From NCBI RefSeq assembly GCF_009914755.1, contig NC_060926.1: a stretch of DNA of 64,000 nucleotides. One strand, given 5' to 3'. The DNA comes from the human T2T-CHM13v2.0 reference genome, Homo sapiens. Made by a program: the position numbers and the translations under genes. Numbering within the stretch: position 1 is the first letter of the stretch; each line of letters begins with the position of its first letter. Positions 16,053 through 31,414 of this stretch are shown here, piece after piece. The notes under the pieces are model-generated. The model did no database searches and was not told where the DNA came from. It saw only the letters and a program-made list of their open reading frames with translations.

Positions 16053-16660
16053 TATTATCTTTAGTTAGTAGATGAGAAATCCAATAGCATGAAGATGGAG
16101 CTGTTTAGATAAGGCCAGTAGGAGATCTTGTACACACTGAAATTTTTAATACATAGTAATCCTCAATTAATATTTATTGACTGTGTTTGATTCCATACCT
16201 AGATATGTAGGTGTCCGAATAAACAGTAATATTAATGTAGATGTTTTTTATCTTAATAACTAAAACAATTTGTATCATATCTCTTTCCTTCAGCATCTCT
16301 ATGATGTTTTATTTGTCCTTCTGATGACACATGATATTAACTAACTGGTATGTCAACTCATAGGCTACAAACATTATGCCACGTGTATTTTTTGCCTTCC
16401 TAAAAACGATGAGGTACTTTGATTGGTCATTGTCTCTCAGTTCTGTTCTCAGTCCCTGCCAGGTAGCATGTGAGAATTATTATTACAGAAAATGAACCTA
16501 TACTTGGCCAGATGATTATGATCACAGACTGATTAGTTGTCTTCGAATAAAGGAAATTGTAAGTATTGAGTAGGATGTGAGTTAAGAAGGATTTCTGAGT
16601 TGTCAAAAGTAACTAGTATTCAAGAGCACTCCATAGTAAATATTTCATAATTTGGATAAA

Positions 16661-16662
16661 AT

Positions 16663-16701
<39 letters not shown>

Positions 16702-16703
16702 TT
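16661..16703. repeat. (TTTA)n microsatellite
   Basis: About 9 units, read directly. Confidence 0.92.
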
Positions 16704-17188
16704 ATCAGATAAAACTGATGGCAGAGCTTTGAATTTATTGATAAAGCTATTAGAATGATATATGTCCATATTAATAAAAAATCAGGAAACAATTTATGGT
16801 TAGAATTATTTTTAAGTACAAGAAACATTTTCAATACTGGGGAGGAAAGCATCCAAGTAACATCAATTTCATCTGAAATTAATTAAAGGATAAATCATTA
16901 TTTTTCCCAATTCTGTTTACAAGAAATGAAACCCTTTAAGCTCTTGGCACTTTCATGTTTAACATTTGACACCAGCAATTTATCTAATAATGCTCAGAAA
17001 TTATAATGGACTTTTAAAATCTCTATAACCCACTTAGCAATCCAGTGGATTAAAATGAAGGCAAAAGTCAGAGCTTGATTTCCCAAACTCCCTTCATTAT
17101 ATCTCACTGAGTGACAATATTACTTTCCTTGAGAAGATCCATCCTGCCACCAGGAGGAATTGGTACTTAACTATGGCCAAAGAAAATG

Positions 17189-17294
17189 GGCATACTTAAT
17201 GCCATTAACTGTACACATAAAAAAATGGTTAAAATGATGAATTTTATATTATATCTTTTTATTCAATTTTGTTAAAATAAATATTTAAAAAAAA
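17189..17294 (+). mobile_element. Very short L1MB-like 3' end with A tail
   Basis: tacttaatgcca..aactgtacac..aaaaatggttaaaatg..aattttat resembles the L1MB terminus; flanked by the repeat aaagaaaatg (probable TSD). Confidence 0.7.
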
Positions 17295-19228
17295 AGAAAA
17301 TGAGAAATTTGACAGGGTAGTAATCCCAGATTGGCCTAAAAATTAAGCCAAGTGATTGTGTAGTCGGAAGCCAGAGGTCCAATTAGTAGATACAGAGCAG
17401 TGTTGAATCAAGAGTCACTTTAGGACAAATGAAAGGAAATTTTATAGAATGTGTTGAATTCCTCTAAAACAGTATTATTAAATGAAACAAAGTGCATCAC
17501 CATTTTAATGGGGTTTCTGAAAATCACTTTGAATGCCTCATGTCAGGTTTATAGAAGAAGTACTATATGAAATAGATGGCTTGGATAAAAACACACAATG
17601 GAAAATTAATTTCTGGAAGGTAAAATTGATTAATGTTACTATAATATAAACCTGTATCAACAAAAGTTTAAGATTTACAGTAAATTTTTTAAAATTTTAT
17701 TTTGTTTGAAATAACATGTGTAAAAAGAAAATGTATTTCTCAATCTGTTAATCTATTTTAATAAAAATATTTTTGGTCTCAAATAATAAAAAGACATCTG
17801 CAGGAAATTCTACTCATTAACTTTCATAAATTCAATGGAAGAAAATAATAATCTTTTGCATTTTCAAAGACATTTTATAGAAAATAAGATTAGAATGTTC
17901 TCTTTCACTTAAAAAAGACAATTTTTATGAAAGTGAGAATTATATGTATTCAGCCTCATCTTAATTTTTCTCACCATTCCAAATTATTTAGAATCTTCTT
18001 GAGTTACATTAATTTTTATAAGAAAATATAGCTGGCAGAAAAAATAACTAAGCCTTTTCTATTTCTCTCAGGAAAATTCCTTTGCAGCTTTTCAAGTAAC
18101 ATGACAAATATTGATCATTTTATTTCTACTGTATACATCATCACTTTTTTCCCTCCCAGAAGTACATTTATTTTTACATGGTAAATTATCCTTCCTATCA
18201 AAATAAGATTTTTGCTTCAGTTAAATGTTATTACTCCCTTTTGAATAGTTAGATACATTCTATTTGTTTTACTGCAAACATGCAAATTGGCCACAGTCCA
18301 TAAGGTCTAAATTTTGCTTTTGTAAGCAATTCTCGTTTTATTGCAGAATTTAGAGGACGATTTCCTGTCATGGTCTGCTTATATTACAAGGAGAAGTAGG
18401 CTGCTGGATAGTTTTCACCATTCTCTGAAACAGAGAAATCTATCAGCTCACGTAATTTTGCAACGTGGTAGAAGCATCTTGTTGTACATAAAGCTTTTTA
18501 CTCAGTTTCCTATCAACAAATTGTCATATATATGACATATATTTGTGTGCATAATATATACATGTGTATGTATATACATATACATAAATATGAATGCAAT
18601 ATGTAAAATATTTGGTCTGAACCTTTGCTTAAATCTTTTATTTATGATTCTGGTCTCATCCTGAATGTTTGTACAAGTCATATTTCCATCAATAGGTGTT
18701 TTATATTATTAACTAGCTTTTACATGTTTACATACTTAAAAACATCATAGCAATTCTGTCTGATAACATATGCGCACACCTTGTGAAGGATTAAATACTT
18801 TTGTCTATTTTAACTAGAATTATCACTTCTTTCTACGGCTTCTTGAGAAGACAAAATGAAAACACTGGCATTTATAAAGTATTAATAAACAAGTATTTAT
18901 GTGTGAGGAATGTTTCAAGATACTTAAAATAAGCATGAATTAACATGTGTTTCTGGATGATATTGTCTTCTACCAAAAGCAGTTTCCAAATATGGTATGG
19001 CTGTGTGCTAATACTTCTTATATGCAGGCATTTAAAATAACATCTAACCTTATTTTTGATGTCATGTCACAAAGTATATAATTGATATTCTATAGGTTTT
19101 ATAATTTACTACCAAGTTTGTTATCATAGACATTAAATACACATGGAATAAACACAAATAAATCTACTTTGAAATGTATCACATAGAACAAACACACACA
19201 CACACATATACACACACACAGACACACT

Positions 19229-19626
19229 CAGCCATGCATCAGTTAATGACAGGGATATGTTCTGAGAAATACTCTGTTAGGTGATTTGTCATTGTGTGAA
19301 CATCATAGAGCGTATTTAAACAAACCTATATGGTACAGGCCATCATGCACCTAGGTTATATGGTAGAGCATATTGTTCCTAGGTTACAAACCTGTACAGC
19401 ATGTTACTATATTGAATGCTGTAGGCAATTGTAACACAATGCTAAGTATTTGTGTATCTAAACATCTCTCACCATATGTTTAGAAAAGGTACAGTAAAAA
19501 TATTTAGAAACGTTTAAAAAATATTTAAAAATGTTTAGAAAAGGTACAGTAAAAATAATTCTATAGGAACACCACTGTATAAGCAGCACATTGTTGACCA
19601 ATACATCATTATGTGGTACATAACTG
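19229..19626. mobile_element. Tigger3a (MER7A)-like DNA transposon
   Basis: cagccatg..gggatatgttctgagaaat..gaacatcatagag..acaaacctgtacagcatgttact..cataactg|ta; preceded by a (CA)n tract. Confidence 0.85.
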
Positions 19627-21436
19627 TATATATGATAGAACTAAATAATTATTTGTAATGGTATGACTTAAAATTTTAATTAGTTACCTGCAATCATTCT
19701 AAAACACATTCCCTGATGAATTCAGGAAAGATTTCTATGTTAATTGTACACAAGTGATCAATAACATTTCTTTTCTGCTTCACTGGTTTTTAAAATATTT
19801 ACTGCCAACATTAATTATCTGATGCATGCTCATCTCATTAAAAGATGTACTGGCTCACTTGCTTTCTTTCTTTCTGCCTGTAATATATTGTTTATGAATG
19901 AGTTCATGTTCTAAGTTTACAAGTTTAACCACTTCTTAATACAATATTGGGTCTAAAAAACTTTTAAAAATATATATTTCTTGGTGTTTCAGTTTTTAAT
20001 CTCTAATTTTTGCAGGAATTTATTATTGTGGTTCTTAGATTATGTCTATATACAGTAAAATCCTAACCAACCTAACCATGTAGCTAAGTTAATAATACCA
20101 GAAATTCAGAACTTAAAAACAGCAAATTGGTTGTTTAGTTGAATTTACTGTTAGATAGAACTGGCTTGTCATAGCATGCTAAGGCTGGCAGGAACAATGG
20201 CCCCACATCTTTGCCATACAACAATTGTCTACCATCCTTTAAAGAAAGTCATTTAGCCACTGCAGAAACACTTTCATTGGTGATGTGTGAGGTGGTTCAT
20301 TCCAATATGAAGTGTTCTATCATTAGAAACTTCTGCCTTGTATTGAACAGAAACTGCTTTCCAACTCTTAATTCCGATCTTTTAAGCAACTCAGATTAAG
20401 TATGTTCCCTATTAGAATCCTTCATATACAGTATGTGAATACAGCTAGCAAATCGTCTTTGCTCTAAGCAAAACTTCTTCTGAAGATGTGCTCCAGACTC
20501 TAATGCTTCTGGATATAGAAATTTGGATACACTCCAATTCGTCATGGTTTCCCTTGATAAAATGCTGTGTCCATACATGTGCGCAGTACCCCCGGGCAGA
20601 ACTCGGTAGAACAAAATTTAAACCCTGTAATGGTCCTAATTTTCATTAGACTGCCTGTGTTGTTTATACTAGTTATGTCCTATTGAAGATTCATACAGAG
20701 TTGTTGCTCCATTAAACACACTAATTTTCAAAGGAATTGCTCTTATTGAGGTTTTTCCACATTTACAAAATTGATTTTAACCTAATACACAACGTTGCAT
20801 TTCAACATTGTGTTAGTTTTGTCCGTCATTCCAACATACTGAAACAGAGTTGGTTTTAGAAGCTATTTCTGTCCATCGATTCTGTCAGCGAATCACCCTC
20901 TTCAGGGAAATGGTACTTACAATCAACAATTAGGATATTACATATGGTTTATTTTAGTGTATTCACACTAAGTCCTAATAATTCATAGTTTATGGATTTT
21001 TTATGTCCTAATAATCCACAGTTTATGGATTTTATGTTTGTATGAAAAATATTCCATTATCCAGTGTTGTAGTAAATGATTAGCCCATTCCACTTCGAAG
21101 ATGTACTGAAGAGAGAATGAGGGAAGAAATGGAAACTTAAGAGTTAAATACGTATTTATACAGCTATTAACATAGCAGTATTGTCTCTGATCACTAGTCT
21201 TCCCTGGTTTATTTATTTCCTTTATGCTCCAAAAATGTAGAAAAATGCTTCAATTTTATTTTTGTCTTCTTAACTATATTCTCACAACTTTTATATCACA
21301 CTACTATTATGGTATCTTCATATCGACACTCTCCATTCAATTCGTTTTAATATTATGATGGCTTTTAACTTTTTCATCTATATTGGATTAAATAGCTTTC
21401 TTAACCTCCAATTCTAATGTATCGTATGATTTGCTA

Positions 21437-21694
<258 letters not shown>

Positions 21695-22698
21695 CTACAG
21701 TTGTTGAAAACATTCACAAATATCATTAACTCAGGTGTCAAAAATCATAATATAAGTTTATATAAAATCTTTTACATATTCAGTATAATATCTTACACCT
21801 AAAGTTCAGAAAACCAAGGGCAAACTGTACTTTCATGTTCAATACTTATTGCAAATATAGCTTGATCATGAAAATTAATTATCAAAATAAACATCCATAG
21901 TAAAATTAATGAACTATTTCTGCCTCCTCTATTTTGTGAAGAATGAGTTCAAAAGTTTAATGATAGTTTGACAATTCCCTCAAGCCATAGGTCTCTGAGA
22001 AATTATATGTCACTAAAAACTAAGAATCTAGAATAGGTAGATATTCCTAAATTCTTTTCTTCCTGGAAATATAACATTGACATTTTGAAGTCAGGGTATA
22101 AAACAGATATCAGTGGTGAATAATAGCTGTTCCAAATACAGCTATGGAAAATAGCTGGATGACTTGAACAATACTCACCATCATACATGCTAAAAGAAAG
22201 CCCATTATCATGTAAAGTCCATGAGAAAAAAATTATTTGAGTATATTCTGTAATATGTGATTATATATTTAGCATTTGGAATAGAGAAGTGATAAACAGA
22301 CCAAGTTTTTAATATATGTATATTCAAATGATATGCAATGTTTCATCTTGCCTAATTATGAATAATACAGACTACTTCACAGTAAATTTTAACTTTTTTG
22401 CATTTGAATTTTCAAATAGGCCAATACAGTGAAATTATTCTTATATAAAATAATATATGAAGATATAATGAATTTTTGGCAGTGGGGAAGACAGGATGGT
22501 GAATTCAGCAGTACCACTGCCTCAAATCTTTATATTTTTGGCACAGACTTAAATTTCCAAAACTAGCTTCTCACAGAGTCAATTACTAGTACCCTGCATG
22601 GTGTCACTAGAAACATCACATGCTTAATAATTTGCATTTTCTCTCATTGAATACTATACTAGACAGAAAATCACAATTTTTCCATTGAAAACACTTTA

Positions 22699-22896
<198 letters not shown>

Positions 22897-23899
22897 CTAA
22901 TTCACATAACAAATACTAATTGAAACGTCATCTCCTCAATGTACACTACACCGGATTAATGTGGATTACTCATGTCTCCCATGAGAAATATTTCTCATTT
23001 CTTTCTGTAACAGTGGTTATAGTTGCAAGAGATGTTTGTGGTTTGGAAGTAGGAATATGGTCCAAAAACTCAAGTTGGAAACTAACATTCTTATTATTTC
23101 AAGGTGAAGAAATAAGAAAGTGACCCTTGACTATACCATTTCTCTTCACCTATTATCTAGATCATAATATCTCTTAGAATGGAAAATGAAAGTGAAAGCT
23201 ATTAGAATTAGCTTGGTTAGGTATAGTACCAGAACATATGGATAAACTGATTCTGAGCTATAACGATAATTCTCAGAAGCTCTGATATCATGTTTATGTT
23301 TAGAAAGCAGCACTCAAAGTGTAAAAACATTGTTAAAATGAGAAAAATTTAAAAGTCAATTTTAGAGCAATAAGCACAAAAACTATTATAATTATCCTAC
23401 ATCTTGATTCTTAGAGTCACTAAAAACTTTATTCAAATTACAGAAAAAACATCATTTGGTAAAAGTTCATATCTATGCCTATTTGTAAATACAACTTATT
23501 TGATTTTCAACATTGTTTTATAAGAATTTTTTCTAAGTTTGTCAACTATAAAAACAGTTATTCCTAGTAGAACTTTCTGATAAATATGGGTAAATGCTCT
23601 GTTTTAAGTGGGAGGGGGTAAGATTTTTATGGCTTAAGAAATAAACACAATTCCAACGGAAAATATACTCAATAATGAATATTTAATTTAAATTATTATC
23701 ATATTGGAATGGTTAAACTAGATAGTTCTAAAATAGCCTTAGCTACCCTAGTATTTCTTCGCTCTCTCTCCTCCTTCATTAGTTCCTTCTTCTCATTTAA
23801 CAAATACAGTGAAGTCTTATCCAGTCCAATAACAATAAAAATCTATACACCTCTTATCAGCACATTTCTTGTCTCTTTATTGCCCAATCTGGCTTCCAC

Positions 23900-25400
23900 T
23901 TACTTGCCTGCAGTTCATCTCTGATCAATCAACATTTCATTTCTCTGACCTCTATCTTCTGAAACTCCTCTTAGAGATAACAAACACCAAGTGCTAAGTG
24001 TCAAATTCTGGATCTTGTCCTCCTATTTACTTCACCTTTTAGCAACATTTTATGTTTCTGACCACACTACCTTAGAAAGAGTTTCCTGACTTAATAATAT
24101 TCACAGTCTACCTTCCTGGACTTCTTTCCAACTTTGATCTTGCTGTTCCCTTCTTTTCCTTCTGTATGAAATCCTCTCCTGTTCCATTCTAAAATATTGC
24201 CAGGAAAGCCCTAACTTCAATCTTCAGTCTTTATTTTCCTGCCAGCTTTAGGCTGATGGGTAGAAAATTAATATTACTTATCCTCGTTGTTCTTCTGATC
24301 TAGAATTAAATTATCACACAGTCACTATATAGCTTTATGTGATTGTCTGATTAACACCTCATATTCAAAAGATCCACAATAAAGTCTTTATTACATCTCA
24401 CATCTTATTGACAAAATTAACCCTTAACCTCTTGTATCCCAACATTCATTAACAGCAGCACCAATCACCAAGTCATCCAAGCTAGAAATTCCCTTTTATC
24501 CTCCATGTCCTACTGTAAATGAAGTCTGACACATTCTGTACCTTCCACTCCACCATTCCCAACCTCGTTCAAAACCACGTCATTAATCATCAGAACTATC
24601 ACAATAACCCCCTAACTAGTTTATTTCCCTCTATGGCTCCTTTGCTCCATGGCAGTATTTCTCCCACTCTGGTGAAAAAATATGGTTCCAAAACAAAAAT
24701 GTGACTGTAACATTTCATTCTCTTGTTTCAAAATGTACACTGGCCTCTGAGAGACAAAATAATTAAATACAAATTCTCTAACACTTTATTTCAGCCTTTT
24801 TCAAATCTAACTTCATCTTTTTAAATGTCCACTTACCTAACAGAAGACTAATTGCTATTCCTCGACCATCTCAATTTACAGTCTTTGTAAACACATATAG
24901 AATTTACTGTTCCTGAAACTGCTCTAAGAACTTTACAAATATAAATTCATTTAATTCTCTGAACAGTCCTAACATTTAAGCCTTTTTATTAAACATACTT
25001 TACAGATGGAAAACCGAGGCCCAGGGAAGTGAAGTGACCTTTTCAAGGTCACATAGCTAGTAAACAGAAGATCCAGGACTTGAACCCAGGCTCTCCAGCT
25101 CTGGAGTTCATGCTATTAACCACCACACACCACGCTCTCTAGCATTACACAGGATTTCCTCTTACTAACATTCCCTGCTTCTATTCTTCAGTGCCTACCT
25201 CAAGAACGATTCTTCTCAGCTCTGATCTCATTGTGATTCTTGTTTCTATTTGACATAATATGTTATTGTACTATATTGAATTTCTGTTTTTTCCATTCAT
25301 CTGTGACTTTTCCAAGTGGGGCCTCTCTGTCTCATTCATCTCTGTATCAACCAAATATAATGTCTAGCAGAGGGGAGATATTCAATCAGATATAACTCTG
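23900..25400 (+). mobile_element. Degenerate L2 interrupted by a MIR
   Basis: Pyrimidine-rich L2-like motifs (gcaccaatcaccaagtcatccaagctagaaa; actatcacaataaccccctaactag); boundaries approximate. Confidence 0.55.
24890..25130 (-). mobile_element. MIR
   Basis: tttacagatggaaaaccgaggcccaggga..aaggtcacatagctagtaa..ttgaacccagg is the MIR core. Confidence 0.85.
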
Positions 25401-25977
25401 CTTCAGATTTATATCTTGTGTTATGATGTAGCCTTTAAAATATCACATCAAATGTAAGACTTCACGCTGAAATAATCATAAAAACTGATATCCACTAATT
25501 TCAGTGAGATTCATATCAAAGGCCAAGGCTATAGACGCTGCACAGGGAGAACAAAGGCAGGCACTAAATCTGTTGCCTTCTATGAGCATATATAAAGTTC
25601 ACAGCTTTTCATTACATATATTTATTCTTGTCTATGCATTCAGATATTTTACGAAAACATTAAGTTCACATTACAGTTAAACTTCAACTGAGCATTTTTA
25701 ATATATTGATGCTATCATTAAAGTTGTAGGTTGTATAGATATTATATATAACATAGAAAAATATATGTAAAGGCAATATACATTTCATGATAATAATATT
25801 AAATTTTATCAAATCATTGAATACATCAAAACATAAAGGGTAGAAAAATATTAAGTATCCGGCTTTTCTGATAATTCTGAATTATGTTTTTTTTACTCAA
25901 ATATTTGATTTGGCTATACAACTGAACAAGCCAGCCATATACTGTCTTCAAATTTCAAGTATTTCAAAATACGTTAA

Positions 25978-26311
<334 letters not shown>

Positions 26312-26552
26312 CAAAGACATTTTTATAAACATTTTCCAATATTACTGATGCAAATATACTGCAAACAGGTATGATTTCCAAAGAAATGTATTATACTAGA
26401 GCTTAAATAAGTTATATGTGCTGTGATTGTGTATTACTGAATTCACTGGGTGTTGATGACACTAAGAAATGTGTTGCTTGTTGCTTTAGTTTTTTATTTA
26501 CATACTAGTTTTGAAAGACTCTTAGCCTAGGAATCTCCTTCATGAAGTTTTA

Positions 26553-26900
<348 letters not shown>

Positions 26901-27559
26901 TTAGTATTCATGAATTCAACTATTCCAGAGTGACCCTGAATTCAAGCCATGTAGCGATTTTAAATTTGCTGAAGGATGAATTCAAATGTTCACATGTTAG
27001 AAAAAATATCTCAGCTAATAATATTCTAGGCTTTTTTCCTTTACTTATGCCTACAGTAATGCTGGTAAAGTAATAAAAATGTTGTTTCCTTGTGAAAAAT
27101 AGACTGGTAAAGAGCAATGCTAATGTTCATAAAGGAAGTGAAAAGAAAACTAAGAAGGTTTAGAATGTTATTGTCTTTAAAAAAATAAAATAAAACTTTT
27201 TGGTGACTTCTAGAGTGGGGTGTCCAATTAGGTAAAGGTAAGATCTTTGATGTCATCAGCCCCTCCGTAAGTACCACACAAATGAAATGGAATATTGACC
27301 CTTTAGGAATATTGATCCATGAAAGCAATGTTCCAACAAGTGGAAAAAATGGTTGATCCAAGTGATCAAAATTTCAGCAAAAATTCAAAAGAACATAACT
27401 AGTGCAGAGAAAGAAAAAATTAATACCATACGCATAGAATCATAAGAGGTTTGCAAGACTCATTTAAATATTTTCAGTAATCTTTGCATATATTTAAAAG
27501 GTAAATGCCATGTAGGACTCAAGGTTTGGGGTATTGCAAATAGCAATAATCCGCTATAT

Positions 27560-27790
27560 GCTATTGTAGAATGCTGGAAAGAGAAAGACTTTGCAGAAAG
27601 TGGCTGTGGCACTTATATTTGTATCCTTAAGGAAGCAATTTACCTTCTTGGTGCATCTGTTTCTTTATCTGTTTAATGGGGATAATAAAATGTATCTGAT
27701 ACATTTCTTATAAGGGCTAGATAATGTATGTGAAGCAGATTTGGCTCATTTTAAGTATTTAATACATGTCTAGGTGCTCTTTAAACTCCT
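27560..27790 (+). mobile_element. MIR relic
   Basis: ctgtttctttatctgtttaatggggataataa..gataatgtatgtgaagc. Confidence 0.6.
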
Positions 27791-28829
27791 ATTTATATAA
27801 TAATTATTTTTGGCAGATTCCTCAAAACAGTTCACTACAATATTGTGGGAATTCAATAATGCAAATAACAGCAACAATTACAATAATTGATATGTAATGG
27901 GTACTTGAAAAACTTAGGTGCCTTCTATTTCCCAATTCCATGTCTTAATAAGCACTTTTCTCTACATGAAACACCTTTCTCTTTCTTTGTCCCTCAAGAC
28001 TCAGATAATATTATCACTTTTTCTTGAAATCATTTCCTGAGGCATTTTACATATTAGTAGGATATTTTACATAATATTTCTTTGTGATTGACATAGTATA
28101 TTTTATACACATCACTTTAACACTTAAGATACAGGTATTATCATTATTCTTTCACATTGCCTATAGCCCCCTCTCCCCAGACTGCCCCAGGCTCCATGAA
28201 CAAATAAATCTCTCCCTTTATCTCAGAAATAATTGACATAGTGTAGGTAACACATAAGGGTTTTTAAAATATAATCAGGCATAATTTACTTTTAACAAAG
28301 ATTTTTTTAAAGCTGTATAGAAGCCACATAGAAGTAGCATGAACAATTGCCTGTTGTAATCAGAGTAAAACTCTGATTTTACTAACTCCTCTTAACTTTG
28401 AACTGTATGCCAGCTTGGATAACTCAGGTGAATTACACCAATTCCGATACATGGATTAATCTTTAAAACACTGAGCAACAGTGACTTATTTGGCTTTAAC
28501 ACTTTCAGATCACTTGAGTACAATTTGCTGCATTTTAACGGAATGTACTTAATAGTACCCTTGTGGTACAAACGTGTTAATATGCCTCCCAGAGTGTTAA
28601 CTTGCTACAATAGCAACAGCATACTGGGACCATCTGGATCCCTGAATTGATGCATAATCCTTTATTATGTAGCCCTCAGTGGCCTCATTGACCTTTACAG
28701 ACACACATATCAGTTTCAAGATCAAAGTGAATTATTCTACAACAATAGTATGAGTTCTGTGCAAATAGGTCTGCCTCGAAGTTTTCTTTTTTCTTTTCTA
28801 CTTTAACTATTCCTCACGTACATACCCCT

Positions 28830-28831
28830 GC

Positions 28832-28878
<47 letters not shown>

Positions 28879-28879
28879 C
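28830..28879. repeat. Interrupted (CA)n microsatellite
   Basis: Read directly from the sequence. Confidence 0.93.
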
Positions 28880-29691
28880 TTATATTATGGCTTCAAATAC
28901 AATGCTTTAAAGATGTGAAGGCAGGCCATTGGAGAGATGACTGACAGAACTCATTTTAACAAGCGGAGTTCGCAGCATTATTTCTGACAAATTGCTCAGC
29001 CCAAAGGATCCCCTATGTGACCTTGGGATCTGCATTCAAATATTCAGTCCCTTTATCCTCCTGATCATGCAAAGGAATTCATCTAAATTTTTACTGTTGA
29101 GTAATGCCCTGAAAATTTCCTGAGGTGACTTAGAGTCAGAAACTTAGTAAATTGTCTGACCTCCGAAGGTGCTCCTCTGATCCCTCAGCTTCATTCGGCT
29201 ATATCCATACTATTTTTACATGACCCAAGGGTTAATACCCTATCCATAGGACTAATAGGTGTTTACTGACCTCCTGATCAGTAGTTATTTAGGATCAGAG
29301 AAGTCATTCACAGAGTCTCTGTAACAGACAATCTAAAAGCCTTCAGAAGGATGGTGGTGGACGACGCAAAAGAGAAAGTACCAAACCTACTGCACTCGTA
29401 CACATAAAGTGCAGTTACATTAGCTGAGAAGTGAAATGATAAATCTGTGTTTATCAAAGTGGTTTTAAAATGGGTAATCCGACTGTGCATGTTTGAAACA
29501 TTGAACAGTAGTTAAAGAGGTTGCAGAACTACTGTGATACCGTCATCCCACCTGATTAAGTCCAATACTACCTATGGGCCCAGGAACTAGGAAAGCAATG
29601 GGAAATGTGCTATGGCAAATACTACAAAAACAAATAACCAAGGATGCTGCAACAGTTTTCTTTGACATGCAGCCCTGGCCAGTGTTCATAC

Positions 29692-29820
29692 CGCAGCCTG
29701 CTGTGGAAAGCTCATCGCTTCCATCTGGACAGTCCCTTTCACCATCACAAAGCCAATGTCGGGGCACGCAGGCACGAGAGCCCTGGCAGCTGAACATGTC
29801 AGCAGCACAGGTTATGGCAC
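29692..29820 (-). CDS. LRP1B: LRP1B exon I (129 nt): LDLa repeat 7, [43 protein letters not shown]
   Basis: Acceptor tgtgtttcag|GT; donor TGCG|gtatga. Confidence 0.96.
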
Positions 29821-30159
29821 CTGAAACACAAAAACATAATGCCATTAAGATTACTCTGTGTCCACTGGAAAATGTCTACCATTTACATTTTCTACAGTAA
29901 GGGGGGAAGCAGAAGAATGTTGCTTATAAGGAGGCGATCGTAGTTATTGGGAATCATTAAACATCATTCTTCCCCTGTAGTTGTCCACACATTTTTATCT
30001 AAGAAGGCATTCTTTCCTAGCTATAATTGTTATATTTCTTAAAGCTACATGGTAGAAAATAATGTACTTTATCCTTGTAAAATGTGGCAAAGCATAGAAA
30101 TGTCATAGAATTGTGAATACACTGAGATAACATTTCTAAAGGCCTGAACTAGAAAAATA

Positions 30160-30410
30160 ATAGTAATTGAAATAATGCCATTTTTATTGCTTAATACGTG
30201 CTAAGCACTTAACATATTAACTCACTTATTCCTTACAATAAGCCCAACCCATAGAACTATTATCAGTATCATTTTACAGAAAAGAAAACTGAGGCTCGGG
30301 GAAGTTGAAAAGCTTGCAGAAAGTCACAAGTTGCACGCAATTTTGCATGCTCAACTGGGAGTCCTCTGGATCCTAAGCACCCTCTGAATCCTAAGCACCA
30401 ACTTTTAACC
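30160..30410 (-). mobile_element. MIR relic
   Basis: cattttacagaaaagaaaactgaggctcgggga..aagtcaca. Confidence 0.75.
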
Positions 30411-31004
30411 ACTCATGTCATTACTATTACTCTCCATCTTGTAGTACCAAAAAGTATAAATGCATGCACGTTCCATTTTTTTCATGCATAATAATTGGAA
30501 TCTACCTTTGCTCTATCACTGCAATGTTTCTTTAGTTGCATGATAATGTCTTTCAAAAAAATGCTTGTTGACTTGGACTTTTAAGTACAAAGGGTTCCTC
30601 TTTCCTTCCCGTTATGATCATAGGGTAGCCATATGTCAAATGGCCCTCCCTCATGATATTTTCCTAGTCCCTGTGCAGTTACATACAATGAATGTTTTGA
30701 ATGTTTTGTTTGTTTGTTTATAAAAAGTACCTGAGTGAATCAGTAACATGACCCTAAATCTCTTTTTTTTTTTAAATTTTACTTTCTTATGACCCAAAGT
30801 TGCCCAGAATTGATGCTAAAAAAGAAATTTGTTGAAGTGTTGAAAATAGTATATTATCTCCAGGAAGAAAATATAAGTGACTAGATGAAAAATATTTGTT
30901 TCTAACAATTGAAAGCAGTAGACAGTGTGTTTTAATTGGATTATCATTTATCCTCTTACTTTTCAGCCAGAGTTGTTAGGAGCAGAAAATTCTTTTTGAA
31001 GTAA

Positions 31005-31414
<410 letters not shown>

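Noticed and set aside
18522-18537. 16-bp perfect palindrome tgtcatatatatgaca
   Set aside because: The core is a TA repeat; expected by chance in AT-rich DNA.
29574-29900. 108-aa plus-strand ORF (also 45937..46380, 15416..15658, 53763..53948, 60744..60955)
   Set aside because: Antisense shadows of LRP1B exons, with no independent promoter, splice or domain evidence.
30363-30398. 18-bp tandem duplication cctctg(g/a)atcctaagcac
   Set aside because: Two copies inside a MIR relic; ordinary slippage, not an array.
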